A stretch of 63,365 nt of DNA, filler included, from Globobulimina sp. (lineage: Eukaryota), in the NCBI GenBank assembly GCA_003354225.1. It is 50 parts of 50 records of this genome, joined end to end, with 100 filler letters (N's around TTAATTAATTAA, not from the genome) between each part and the next. Parts side by side here need not be neighbours in the genome. Positions count along the whole stretch, not along the records: positions 34,284 to 35,452 come from PIVH01021802.1; positions 35,553 to 36,721 come from PIVH01021803.1; positions 36,822 to 37,990 come from PIVH01021804.1; positions 38,091 to 39,259 come from PIVH01021805.1; positions 39,360 to 40,528 come from PIVH01021806.1; positions 40,629 to 41,797 come from PIVH01021807.1; positions 41,898 to 43,066 come from PIVH01021808.1; positions 43,167 to 44,335 come from PIVH01021809.1; 42 more parts are not named here. One strand, 5' to 3'. The position numbers and the translations under genes were made by a program. The notes under the pieces were generated by a model. That model made no database searches and was not told the DNA's origin. It worked only from the letters and a program-made list of their open reading frames with translations. Positions 35,269 to 48,470 of this stretch are shown here, piece by piece. The stretch's first letter is position 1. Every line of letters starts with the position of its first letter.

Positions 35269-35552
35269 TTACCGTTGACAGTCTTGGCATTTTTTGTTTT
35301 TGACACTGTATTACAGACACTCAGGCTGTATAGAAAAATCATTCAAAATCATTCAAAATCAACTTCAAGCTATAACAAACATTATTTGAGCCGATCTGAT
35401 GTACAGACATAATATAAGTTGTTTTTAACTAAATTCAATTAAAAGTATTCAGNNNNNNNNNNNNNNNNNNNNNNNNNNNNNNNNNNNNNNNNNNNNTTAA
35501 TTAATTAANNNNNNNNNNNNNNNNNNNNNNNNNNNNNNNNNNNNNNNNNNNN

Positions 35553-36721
35553 AGCAATTACAATACAATGATAAATTAGAAACAAAATTATTAACTTTCA
35601 AAGATTCTCAGTCGAAATCCAACTTTCATTATGCTGCCAAAGGTGGCGATATTGAATGTATTCAATTATTACTATCAAAATGTCAAAATGAGCAACAAAA
35701 AAAAGAATTATTTGAACAGGATAAAGATTTCCAATCACCTGCATTTGAAGCAATATTGCAAGGTAAAAGCGAGTGTGTCGACTTTTTATTGGCTCAAATG
35801 AATAAGGCGCAGAAAAAAATATTTTTAAATACTAAATCGAAATATAATGACGATCCAATTCAATGTTTAAGAAAGTTCAAATCCGAAAAACATGTGGAAA
35901 CATTTAAAATTGTGTTGTCTCACATTGACAGCGATGATTTGAGACTGTACGCTGTGTTTTTATTTGCAGCGGAAAATGATTTTGTTGAGCTCGCCCAATT
36001 AATCGTAAACAACAAAACCAGCAACGATGAGATGAAGAGGAAAATGATAAATTATCAATCTCCGACTGATGACAGCGCCATGCATTTAAGTGTAAAATGC
36101 AATAATTTTAAATTTTTATCCTGGTTATTATCCGTGTTGGGTGACAGCAGATTGTTTACGCTCAGAAATCGCAGCGGGAAAAATCCACTCATGGTTGCTG
36201 CTACAAATGGCCATATAAAATGCTGTAAAATGATTTTAAATCATATTAAAAATGATAGAAAACTTAAAAATGCAGTGTTAATGACAAAGGATAAGAACGA
36301 TTCTGATGCGGTGCAATTAGCATTAATCAATTCCTCCATCAAAAAATATAAAAAATGTGCAAAAGTAATCATGAAATATTATGATGAAAACGATGTAGAA
36401 AATATTTTTCTACCATGCGTTCAGTTGGGTGATATTAAGCTTGCGCAGGAGATTTGGGATAAAACCGGAAATGATAACAAGTTGCAAAAAAAATTATTAA
36501 CTGCTACGGATAAGGATAAATTTAATTGTTTCTTATCCGTTTGTAAAAATGGCACATTTAAGTCATTGGAATGGTTATTGACTTTAAATGACGATCACAA
36601 AGACGAAGAAAAAGAAGACGAAGATAATCTGACACAAAAACATGTCAATAATAAGAAAACTCCGTTGTTGCTCGTGGTGGAGAAAGATGTCCGAACCGAA
36701 TCCAAAGATAAACAACAAAAA
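35553..36721 (+). CDS. Ankyrin repeat protein, partial
   Basis: Repeated FHYAAKGG, SAMHLSV, NPLMVAATNGH, TPLLL motifs. Confidence 0.88.
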
Positions 36722-39359
36722 NNNNNNNNNNNNNNNNNNNNNNNNNNNNNNNNNNNNNNNNNNNNTTAATTAATTAANNNNNNNNNNNNNNNNNNNNNNN
36801 NNNNNNNNNNNNNNNNNNNNNGTCAATTCGAAGAATTGAAGTGTCTGCTTTTGCATAGCATCTGATTGATACAATACACACACAATACAACAACGAAAAA
36901 GTCAAGCAAAATGACGAAAGAGTTAGTGTGCTCATACCTAATAGAGGACGACAAAATTATGACCACAATCATGGCCCATTAAAAATACGCAATACAGCAC
37001 AAAACCGTTAAAATTACCAAATAAAATATATAAAATAAAATTAGTTTTTACAAAAGCCAGGTATAAAATGATGATAACAATAACATATCACATACTAAAT
37101 ATTAAAGATAATGATATGAATAAATTTTTATCAAAATAATGATTTGGGATCGGATCAATTATCACTTTTTGAGATGCAATATGCTGGATTCATAACCACC
37201 AATGTCCACCATTAACAAAATATATCGCTCCGAAAAAATCAGAAATGACACATAAATATTAAACACAATTATCTTTCTCAAAATGCTTAAATTAAAACAA
37301 ACTATAATGTTTTTGCTCAGATTTGAAGATATTTGTTTTCATCGTAATTATCTTTCTTTCATCAAACAATATAATTACTCATTTGTACTAAACTCCGCAT
37401 TATCTATTTACAACAAAAAAAAACCAATAACAGAAACATATAACATTGCATATACATATATTCAGGGAAAGGGTGTTCGAAAATTATTATTTTGTCATAT
37501 AAACCCTTTGGATTTATCCGTTCTTTGCGAAAGGAAACAGGTTTATCATCATATGCATTGCAAGGAAAAATAAAGGAAAAATAATTTGAGATTGAGTGTT
37601 GTTGTATTGTTGAGTTGGCAGAGCACTATTTATTAAAAAAAAAACTCGGTAAATATTGATTGACTCAATGTATGGTTTATATTTATATATTTGTTGGATA
37701 TCAGATATGGTGATTTTGTTTCAGCAAAAATGATCTATTCAGACGGGTGCCAGCAGCCATGCTTTAGCGTTGTCATCACACAAAAATACAGAAATAGAAA
37801 TAAATTCTTTTACCTATGTATGATTAAAAGGAAATACTGAGAATAAAAATACAATATCAATTATATTCTCTACAGAAAGCATCAATTTTAATATTCTGAC
37901 ACCTTTAAAACCAAAAAACATATTACAAAAATGTTAGTGTATGGAGTTAGTGTCATACCTTCTCAATATCCATATTCTTTGTCCATTAATNNNNNNNNNN
38001 NNNNNNNNNNNNNNNNNNNNNNNNNNNNNNNNNNTTAATTAATTAANNNNNNNNNNNNNNNNNNNNNNNNNNNNNNNNNNNNNNNNNNNNTGCCTTTGAT
38101 TTTCTAATATTAATTCTTTATTTTGTTCCACCAAATTCTATTCATATTTATTTTTAAATTTAATATATTCGAACGTTCAAATTCATGCAATTGTCATCAT
38201 AGTGACCTATATGCATTAACGCGTGAAATTTTTATTTTAGAAAAACGGTTCATAGCCGTGAGGGTACCCTTGCTTCTTTGAGCGCGTATGTAATTTATGC
38301 TATTTCGAGCATAGAAATAATTGTGCTACTTTGAGCGCGTCAACAGCTTCATACGTATAACTTTTTTGTTACCCGTGTGTTGTTCAAAAAAAAGGGCATA
38401 GACACTTCTAACATGCTACGAGAGCACTTGGCCAGTCAGAAATGTCATGCAGTCGATAGTTCATTTGGTTGAGCGTGAACTCGGTGCAGAATTTGAGATA
38501 GAATCATAAATATTTTATGACATACAGTTAGTTTCTTTTTAAACTCTTTATTCCAATTTTTGCTCATAGCTAATATTATGGTTCTCTCTCTCCGTTCGAT
38601 CAATTAGGAACGGTCGACGCACTAATTATGGTATTCCTTGATTTTGTGACTAAGGGATGAAGTAAGTAGCTTAGCTAAATTAGTAATTAGTAAACTATAT
38701 CCTATACTAAGGCTATACTTAGGGGGCTATAAATGATCAATATATTACAGTACTAAATTACTAATCCTATCCTATACAAAAACATATTATATTTTAATAA
38801 TTAGTGTTCGATCGAATATATATATATATAAAAAAACAAATATGAAAAAAAATAACTATTCACATGATGCAATACTGGCTATTTTAGTATAATAAAAAGC
38901 TTTGACAGCACTACATTTTAGTTTGTGTATAATATCATTATGATGGCAAAACAGTGTATCATTTAATAAAAATTGAATATCTTCATTTTGTAAATTATTT
39001 CCACATAATCCCTCATTCTCGTAATTAATGGTTTATATACGTTGCAAGTGTAATAATAATCGCATAGTTCCTCAGGAACATTTACAACATTCGAAGTTCG
39101 AACATTTTTTTAAATAACTATCCCAATCTTTAAATCCTAAGCTCGACAATAAGCAACACAGTAAAAATTGAAACGAACAGCAAACATAGCAAAGATTTAC
39201 GTGCCATGATATATTGTTCAAGGTTTTTTATTTTCATATACATGTTTTTGCTTTGTAAANNNNNNNNNNNNNNNNNNNNNNNNNNNNNNNNNNNNNNNNN
39301 NNNTTAATTAATTAANNNNNNNNNNNNNNNNNNNNNNNNNNNNNNNNNNNNNNNNNNNN

Positions 39360-39978
39360 TCCCAAATTGAATCAATATTCACTGCCTCAATTTTAAAGCT
39401 TGTTTCATGATTTATTGGTTTTAAAAACTCCCAACGATTCATAATTGATGTTGATATGCGTTGAATTATATCATTATTCACAAATGATAATAATTTATAT
39501 TGTTTAGTCATATCCAATGGACTCATATCATTCAAATCCGATTTTGTTTCCAACAAAATGGTTCGGAGATGATCTGATTTTACCAGTTTCAAATACTGTA
39601 ATGCCGATTCAATATATGACTCACTAATATTTATAAATACTTCTCCTGTTTTAATATTTACATCAAAATAATTGTAATCGTAAATATACATTTTATACCT
39701 CTGGCAATATCAACTTTTGCTCTGTCTTTGTACCATTTAGCAATTGTCAATGCAGCACAGATTGGGTATTTAGAACCAATTACAATTTGTTGAGTGATTT
39801 TATGTAATTGGTTTGCATCGAAACGAGTTAAATCTTTTTCATATTTTCCCAATAATTGAATGGATATTTTGTGGGGAGAAAGAAAGCAAACTCTAGAAAA
39901 TATCAACGAAATTGCTGTGGATGAATCTGTTTTTAATAATGTTATATTTGGTGTTGCGGCGATAACGTAATAATGCAA
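39360..39978 (-). CDS. TRP(M)-like cation channel pre-transmembrane region, partial; intron 39698..39646
   Basis: PICAALTIAK...SESYIESALQYL...LL....MSPLDM....LLSFVNNDIIQRI....W resembles the TRP pre-S1 segment. Confidence 0.55.
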
Positions 39979-40628
39979 CCAATTTGTGTCGATGCAGCGG
40001 AAACATTGCCTTTAAATCCTCCCCTTTGTACCATACTCCTTTACCTTCATCACCTACATATATTCATTAATGTCTTTATTTATCTCATATGATATGTTTT
40101 ATACGTAATTTGCTTGACATATCTGTTTTGTTTGACATGCGCACATTTTGAAAACTGAAAAGTTTTTGTTTCAAATTTACAAAGATTTCAACAGCAGTTT
40201 GAAAGCATAATATCATTGATATGCACTTGAATTCACAGTACATTTTGCAATAAAATGTGCATTTTTAATAATTAATAAATCAATGATATTGTTATGGACA
40301 TTAAACCATATCACAACAACAGATAATAGAAACACAATAAACAAAACAGTATCGTATGTATAATAATATCACAACAAAAACAAAACAAAACAAACAAAAA
40401 TCAAAAGCAAAAGAAACATATTCTAATACAAGTAATGAATCAATGAATGTAAATATTTTTGCTGTAAATTGTAAATATTGTTTCATTTACGATCATAAAC
40501 GCACATTGATCGCATAATAATGCATACTNNNNNNNNNNNNNNNNNNNNNNNNNNNNNNNNNNNNNNNNNNNNTTAATTAATTAANNNNNNNNNNNNNNNN
40601 NNNNNNNNNNNNNNNNNNNNNNNNNNNN

Positions 40629-40970
40629 GCAAAATGGTGGAAAAATAAAGAGAAATATGAGAGTAAATATGATGTAAAAACGGCATCAATTTTGGCTGAA
40701 TTGTATTTTTCAACCATGAAATTCAAGAGTATGCAAGAAATATTATATCAATCAAATCCAAAATCATTACATCCCATAAAGTCATATGAAAAGAATGATT
40801 GTCCCCCAATTCCGTGTTTTAAATTGTATGAATTTGATGAGGATGAGCAAGAATTAAAATTATCGGCAAAATCCGCGTCACAAAAGAGTGATGATGCAGA
40901 TATTTGGTGGATATCCGACGACTATGATCCATATGATTTAGATTCCTTTGATATGATATCGGCGCAGTAA
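40629..40970 (+). CDS. Hypothetical protein C-terminus (acidic)
   Basis: Open frame from contig start to TAA. Confidence 0.35.
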   Translation, partial: AKWWKNKEKYESKYDVKTASILAELYFSTMKFKSMQEILYQSNPKSLHPIKSYEKNDCPPIPCFKLYEFDEDEQELKLSAKSASQKSDDADIWWISDDYDPYDLDSFDMISAQ

Positions 40971-41176
40971 TTGTTGGATATCAATTATATCATATAATGC
41001 ATTAACGAAATTCGTTTATATTAATGTAAATATTAATTCTTTTTTTATATTAAAATATATATTATATCATATATTGATAATTATTAATTGTGTCATTACC
41101 AAAAATTTTAATTCGTTTTTAAAACCTGTACAATATTGGCCAGTATTAACTTTTTTTGATTTTGCAATTGTTAATA

Positions 41177-41516
41177 TGGCAAACATTTTTTTATGTAATT
41201 AATTAATACGTGATCTGTAATATTTAAATTATGGGTCAATTGTTGTTAACATTTGTTTTGTGTTTGAATAAATTGATCGAATTTGAAGAACTCAGTTTTC
41301 TTATTTTGTTTTTCTTATTTTGTAACTCTGTAATTATACGTTCTATTTATTGTATACAATTAATTTAAAACCTTTTGATTTTGTTAAATGGCAAACATTT
41401 TTTATGGAATTAATACGCGATCTGTAATTGTTATTAAACATTTGTTTTGTGTTTGAATTTGAAGAACTCACTTTTTGTATTTTGTTTTTCTTATTTTGTT
41501 TTTCTTATTTTGTAAC
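41177..41516. repeat. Imperfect direct duplication of about 130-150 nt of non-coding DNA
   Basis: ATGGCAAACATTTT...GATCTGTAA...AACATTTGTTTTGTGTTTGAAT...GAAGAACTCA...TTCTTATTTTGTAAC occurs at about 41177 and 41388. Confidence 0.8.
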
Positions 41517-41897
41517 CATTTTCACGTTTTAATACCATTTTTGCTATTTTTCTAAACCTCATGGTTGATTGTTGTTATTTTGGTTCGTTATGTATTGAAT
41601 TGTTGATTGATATATCATGAGAAGGCGCGCACATATATAGCTCGGAGACGTCGGAGTGTCGATCGAGCTATCAATTTTTGTGGAAAAAATAACTTTTTGA
41701 CCATACAGAACAAACACAACACTACATGTGGTATATCGTGACTTCTTACTAGGAATGGTGAAGTACTAATTTAAGGACTAACAATAGTTTTAGCTTANNN
41801 NNNNNNNNNNNNNNNNNNNNNNNNNNNNNNNNNNNNNNNNNTTAATTAATTAANNNNNNNNNNNNNNNNNNNNNNNNNNNNNNNNNNNNNNNNNNNN

Positions 41898-42931
41898 CAT
41901 TGTAAATCTTGTTTAAGTAATAATTGTTGTGCTAAATATTCATTTTTAAAATGGATTAATAAATTCGATCGATGCCTTGTTTTGTTTATAATCTCATCGC
42001 ATTCAAACATATCGGAGATAAAACCTTCCAAATATTCGTATAAAATAAAGGATTCTGGTTTGAGTAATACTGTTCGCGACTGTATATCGGATAAATTGCA
42101 ATGATACCATCGATTGTTACCATTATTTTGATAAAACCACGCTTTTTGCCGAGTTAATATCTCACTTATTTCTTCCGTTCGCAATTCATTGTATCTTATT
42201 CTTTGGGTGAATGCATTTGAATATTTATTATACAAAAATGTAATTTGTTCCAGCGTTAAGCCATCAATATAATGTGTCAATAATCCCCATAAATTCTCAA
42301 GAATCTCGGGACTTATTGTCTGAGTTTGTGCCTTAAATTTTATTCACAAGACAAAGTTTTGATAATTTGACCACACATCCCATGTTTAGTGAATTAAAGT
42401 TTTCAGTATGGCTCAAATTATCAAAACTTTGTTGAGTGAGACTATATCTTTGGATGATATTATCTGATTTGTTGTTTTTGTTATTTGCTTACTTTCAATA
42501 TATTCGTCCAATGCAGATTTATTATTAATATCAACCTCTATATCAAATGGCAACGGATTATGCGAATATGACTCTGAACATATAAATGGCAGTGTTTGCG
42601 GTATTATTTCATCCAAAAACGTTTTCAATTTCATTAAATTTATCCTTGACACATGCGATATATTGGATTGATTGCTGTTTGCTTGCAATTGTTTTGAAGT
42701 GGAATGATATTGTTTATAGAAATAATTTGCATGAATTGATTCAGTAAAACATAAAATATATTTCCAAACATTATCATAAACAGTGGCATTGCGCAAAGGC
42801 ACAATATCTAATAAGATATACTTGCGTTGTTTCAAGTGCGTAATCCGAAAATATTTCATTATCATTGCATTTATAAAATTCACATTTGATTTGTCACAAT
42901 AGATTTGCCATCCTGTTGGTCGTTCAAGCAA
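41898..42931 (-). CDS. Hypothetical protein (two ORF segments)
   Basis: Two long co-oriented ORFs; no family recognised. Confidence 0.35.
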
Positions 42932-43166
42932 TGTACGTGCTGTGCTGTGCTGTGCTGTGGTTTTACAAAATAAACAGAAGGAAAGTTATAAATTTGCTTC
43001 AATGATTTAAAAATTGGTTACAATCAATTGTCGACTCACAGTTATGCCATACATACAAATATGGAANNNNNNNNNNNNNNNNNNNNNNNNNNNNNNNNNN
43101 NNNNNNNNNNTTAATTAATTAANNNNNNNNNNNNNNNNNNNNNNNNNNNNNNNNNNNNNNNNNNNN

Positions 43167-44335
43167 ATTTCGGTATATACATTGTCAATATCTCCACTGT
43201 AAGTTACTGATAAATAGATCGCAATCCATATTATCGCAAAAAATGTACAACAAAATAAAAATGATTTTACAGAGTGCCAACAACATTTGATAGCAGCAAA
43301 TATAGTTTGTAAACATGAATATTTATTATAATTAAAGTTGATCACTCTTTCTTCAATACTTTTGCCACAAATGCCAGATAAAGGCGTCATTTCATAGTTA
43401 TACGGTAATATTACTAACCAATAAACTTTATACAATTTAAATATCGAATAAAAATAATTTAACATTATTTTAAAATCGACACAAAAACGATTCAAACAAT
43501 TCATTGTCGCTCTTTCTTCAAACAAATGTCTTCTGTCGTTATATATGTTAATATACAACGATGTAAATAATGTCATTGCTTCTTCTTCAGATTGCAATAC
43601 ATGTTCATCATCGTCTTCATCAGAGCCATACAATGCATCTCTTACTTCACTGAGATCATCGGAGATTGGCGAAAAAAGCTCCTTTTGTTCATCTATCAAA
43701 TTTGCTGAACAATTTGTTACGTATTAATATTGAAGCAAACAATATAAATAAATATGAACAAAACTTTGCTCCGCTATGCTTAAAACATGTGTGTCTGAAT
43801 CAAAATTGTCCACTGTCAAATTGTTTGTCAATAACCTTTGCATTTTATGATGTTTTAATGCTGTCATTGTAGAAAGATGTGTTGCACCGATCTCGTCAGA
43901 CGATACTGAATCAGCTCTATTCATATTACCAGTTTCTTGGCTATGATCAGGTTCCATATCTTGAAACCAATTTAGTTCCAATGATTTCATATCAGACTGC
44001 CATAAATAATGAATGCCAGTCGGTTTATTATTTGCTAATATAGTCATTGCAAAATATAATAAATTAACAATACCAATAAATAATAATAATCTCATATTTG
44101 TAATTGACCCTAATATTATTAGCAAAATGCCGGTTACAATTAATAATATACAATATGTTATTTTATATTTCTTCCAACATTGATTTGTTTCTTTTAACCC
44201 AAATGCATCCATAAAACAACAGAGTCGTTCAATGTTATAATAAACATCGCCATCATTCATAACAACTTCATTGAATATGGATATTGTTGCTATTCGCCCA
44301 TAACACGCAGGCAAAAAAGCTAAAAACCAGAAGTA
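43167..44335 (-). CDS. Hypothetical membrane protein (two ORF segments)
   Basis: TM helices separated by acidic loops. Confidence 0.4.
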
Positions 44336-44618
44336 NNNNNNNNNNNNNNNNNNNNNNNNNNNNNNNNNNNNNNNNNNNNTTAATTAATTAANNNNNNNNN
44401 NNNNNNNNNNNNNNNNNNNNNNNNNNNNNNNNNNNTATCTGTAAATAGATATGTTATAAAAATGATTGCTTTGCATTGTACTGTGTCATATTTATTGCTA
44501 AACTTTTGTGTTTTCACAATAGTTTATGTTAAATTCATCTAATCTAATCTAATCGTCAATAAAGTTAAAAGTACCGATTCAATCTCAAGAATTTAGCATA
44601 TCCACAGGGCAGACGATA

Positions 44619-45604
44619 ATGGAAAAGGTCTATTTATCCTGCGTCCCTGACGATTTATTAATTATTGGCCGCTATTCGCACAAATATTTGGGTTTAGGTA
44701 CCTTCACGAAAAGCGATATCAAGAAATGCATGTATTATCATGCTAGAAAGCAATTATTTAACATTATTCCAGAGGATGAGGACGTAGATAGCTATTTGGA
44801 TGCGATTGAGTACCGTCATAAAGGAGATCCAGGGATATATAAAATATCAGAAAATAATATGGTATCATCTCTAAAGCCGAGATTTGCGGCAAGATCCATA
44901 TCGAACGAGCGCAGCGAGAATTTGATATTAGTATATCCTGCATAAGTTTGTATGAATTGAACGGTTATGAAAAGGAGCTGAAATTCGTGGAAGATTGTCC
45001 GAGTAAATTTATTTTGAAATTAGATAATGGAGATTTTATCAATAATCAGCCGCAGAATGAAAGCATTATCTATGTTATCGATGACAAGAATATCAAGAAA
45101 ATTGTCAGTGACTCCACCGGCAAAGTATTGCAGTTAGATCAGAGCATAAATACCGCTGCATTTACATTAGTTTCACACACATTGACGGATGGCACGAAAG
45201 TGGCATATCCGGAGGTTTTGGATGGTACAGAATATGATCAGAATTTATTTCGTAAAGACGAGGTGGCGAAACATAAAACGCTCATTGCTCACAAAGCGAA
45301 TGTATTCGCGCGATCTGATTTCGACGTAGGTCATGTGGCAGAGGTAAAGGATTTGATGGTTCATATCATTGATAAAAAGAAATGTCGATTAGGAAAGCAT
45401 TATGATTTAGCATTGCCAGATGACACCATATTAATGAAAGAGGTTGGAATCTGGGTAAAGAATGGTTTGATGGGTTGGCCACATCAGGCAAACCCGGACC
45501 ACGTAGTCGAGAATACTTCCGCACCGTTCGTTGTGCACCGTCATTTAGGCAAAGATGCCGAAAATAATCTGATTGTAGCATCGCGGGCAGTGATTGATCT
45601 GAAA
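44619..45604 (+). mobile_element. Ty3/Gypsy-like LTR retrotransposon pol fragment (protease end, linker, RT start), frameshifted near 44945
   Basis: LIIGR, VFARSDFDVG, Y.L......MKEV..WVKNGL, SAPFVV, R.VIDLK. Confidence 0.7.
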
Positions 45605-45989
45605 NNNNNNNNNNNNNNNNNNNNNNNNNNNNNNNNNNNNNNNNNNNNTTAATTAATTAANNNNNNNNNNNNNNNNNNNNNNNNNNNNNNNNNNNNNNNN
45701 NNNNGTTTCTATTTAGATTCATATGAGATTCCATCGTTACCCAAAGAGTCCTGGAGATTCAATAGATATATTTCTGATTGTCAGTATTTGAGAAATATCG
45801 ACACTTTTGACTGGATCTGGTCTTATATTAAAACAAAATTATTTACAAATATATATGTTTATTTTGGCATATTGCCAATATTAAGAACTTGTTAGCTCAT
45901 GTAATGTTGTAATCTTTTAGTAAGTAACTAAGTAATCTTACCAACAAAAAAAAACTCCTTACTTCAGCATCCACAAAACTTGTCTCACC

Positions 45990-46873
45990 ATGCAAAAGCT
46001 TTGCAATTTTATAAATGGAGAATTCGTAGCTCCAGTGAGTGGAAATTATATTGATAACATAAACCCGGCAACTCAAGAAAACATTAATTTAATTCCAGAC
46101 AGTGATTATCGTGATGTAGAAAATGCCATTAATGCGGCACAAGAAGCATATAAAAAATGGGGGAAATTACATTTTAACGATCGCGCCGTATATTTAGATA
46201 AAATTGTCGCAGTAATGAAAGAAGACAAAACATTTCAAGAACTTGCTAGAGCTGATTCCATTGATATGGTATATATTATATACTTATTTAAAACACCAAA
46301 GAGAGCCGTATTTTGTTGGAAATTTCTTGCTAAAAACCCTATGTAACACACAATAAAGTACCACGTTAATTGTTGCTTGAAATTCCATACTTGCAGGAAA
46401 AGAAATTTCCAGCAAAATACAGTCGCATTATCGCGCACTTATTTCCTTAATAAATATAGCATGAAAACAGCTTAATTTTTACTATAATAATCATTTAATA
46501 ATTGTGTATATTAAAACATTACAGGGCAAACCAATAAATTTTATGCGACAAATGGATGTGCCAGCTGCCATTGGTGAATTTGAACAATATTCAAAATTAA
46601 TTCAATGTGCGACCACACCATATTATCAAATGAGTGATGCAGTGGGTATCGAGCATCGTAATCCCATTGGTATTGTCGGCCTTATTTCTCCGTGGAATTT
46701 CCCGGTGTTATTAATTTGCATCAAGGTATCCGCCGCAATCGTATGTGGTAATTGTGTCGTATGCAAACCATCCGAATTAACACCAACATCATCGTATTTA
46801 TTATGTAAAATCTTTAAACAAGTTGGCCTCCCACCGGGTGTAGTTAATGTGGTGCATGGTTATGGTATGAAAG
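45990..46873 (+). CDS. Aldehyde dehydrogenase (ALDH8A1/aminomuconate-semialdehyde dehydrogenase-like), 3' partial; intron 46269..46524
   Basis: NFINGEF, INPAT, spliced ADSIDM|GKPI, PIGIVGLISPWNFP, GNCVVCKPSELTP, GLPPGVVNVVHGYG. Confidence 0.95.
46308..46420. repeat. MITE-like inverted repeat inside the ALDH intron
   Basis: GTATTTTGTTGGAAATTTCTT (46308..46328) pairs with AAGAAATTTCCAGCAAAATAC (46400..46420), 20 of 21 matches. Confidence 0.75.
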
Positions 46874-47126
46874 NNNNNNNNNNNNNNNNNNNNNNNNNNN
46901 NNNNNNNNNNNNNNNNNTTAATTAATTAANNNNNNNNNNNNNNNNNNNNNNNNNNNNNNNNNNNNNNNNNNNNACTGTACGTTTCATCACAATCGTAACC
47001 TGACTTTTTTTCTTCCGCCATTTCCTAAAAATCAGTAGAATTGGCTGTGGTTTTTTTTTGAAATAAATGCGAAGTAGAAACACAACGGAAAAAAAGGAAA
47101 AATTAAAATTAAATTATAAAAAAAAC

Positions 47127-48142
47127 TTATAATTTTGCAAAACATAAATCATTATAATGACCTTTATCCTGCACAAACAATCTCCATTTCACAGTTTGCC
47201 TAAATTTATCAGCATATATGGCCAAAGCATCGGGTATTCTTAATCCTCGACTTCGATGTTGAATCGGTTGATATATAATAATTTTTTTCAAACACACATA
47301 ATTGTCGTCATTTTGATGTTTATTTAACATAGAAAATATATAATCAATCACTTTCTTTGTCAATCCAATATAATTTAATTGTATAACCTGCAAATGTTTA
47401 AATAACGACATAATACGATTCATTTTAATCCAATCAAATGACTCCATGCAAATCTTATGTTTAATAAACTTAAATCCCTTCGCATTGGGATACATCTCAT
47501 CATATTCCATAGTCATTAACTTCCAATCAATCGTAATTTCTTTCACATTTTTAGCAAAATGATTGAATAATTTCTCCACATAAACCTCCAATGGTTTTTC
47601 TAATTTATCCTTTAATTTATGATAAAATAACAACGAATACACCATTTTGCATGTTTTGCCGCTAAATGGCGCACTGGAACGCGAATAATATAATTGCCCA
47701 TTAAACAAACACGAAATAATATTAATGGCCACAATATACGGCCTGTAATCAATGGTTCGCGGATTAATAACAGTTTCAATCAACAATGGATCATAACCCC
47801 CTAGAAAAAATTTCTCTTTTTCGTTAGAATAATCCGAAATTCCACAACAATCAAAAAATCGAGCATTGGTCCCACTTAATTCCAACAATAATCCTTCATT
47901 CCCCGCAAAGTTCAACGCAACAAATGGTTCTGTCGATGTACTGAACAAATACAACCCACATTTTGTGAGGGACCAACATCAAAAATGTAACATATATATA
48001 CCTCAAAGGTCCGCAGATTTTGGCCGAAGTGGACACAAACACCATTTCCTGATTGATGCCATGATAAAAGTTTAATTTCCCGGATTCATCCAAACAATAT
48101 GACTCCCCACGTCTTTTTAGCAGATGTTCCTCTGTCAACATC
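47127..48142 (-). CDS. ADP-ribosyltransferase-like domain protein, 5' partial; intron 48001..47941
   Basis: Spliced FYHG...GPL|STST...VALNFA...GLLLEL...ISDYSNEKEKFF follows ART motif order. Confidence 0.6.
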
Positions 48143-48470
48143 NNNNNNNNNNNNNNNNNNNNNNNNNNNNNNNNNNNNNNNNNNNNTTAATTAATTAANN
48201 NNNNNNNNNNNNNNNNNNNNNNNNNNNNNNNNNNNNNNNNNNGTCAAATCCTGGGGACACTCATGTACTCGTTCCACGCCGCCACAAACCATCAAAATGG
48301 AACTATCCCAAGTTACAAATACATCCATTGCACCAAACTAGTGTGCCATTTTGGCTTCGCACTGACAAATTGCTGCACCAAACAACTTTGATTTTTTTGG
48401 CGTCCAAACTTGCAAAATTATGCGATTTTGCGTATAACCAACAAACCACAATACATACACACATAAATAG

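Noticed and set aside
36822-37990. Short ORF 37283..37573 and possible organellar DNA
   Set aside because: AT-rich with no recognisable motifs or RNA genes; treated as non-coding.
42937-42958. (GTGCT)n short tandem repeat
   Set aside because: Ordinary microsatellite.
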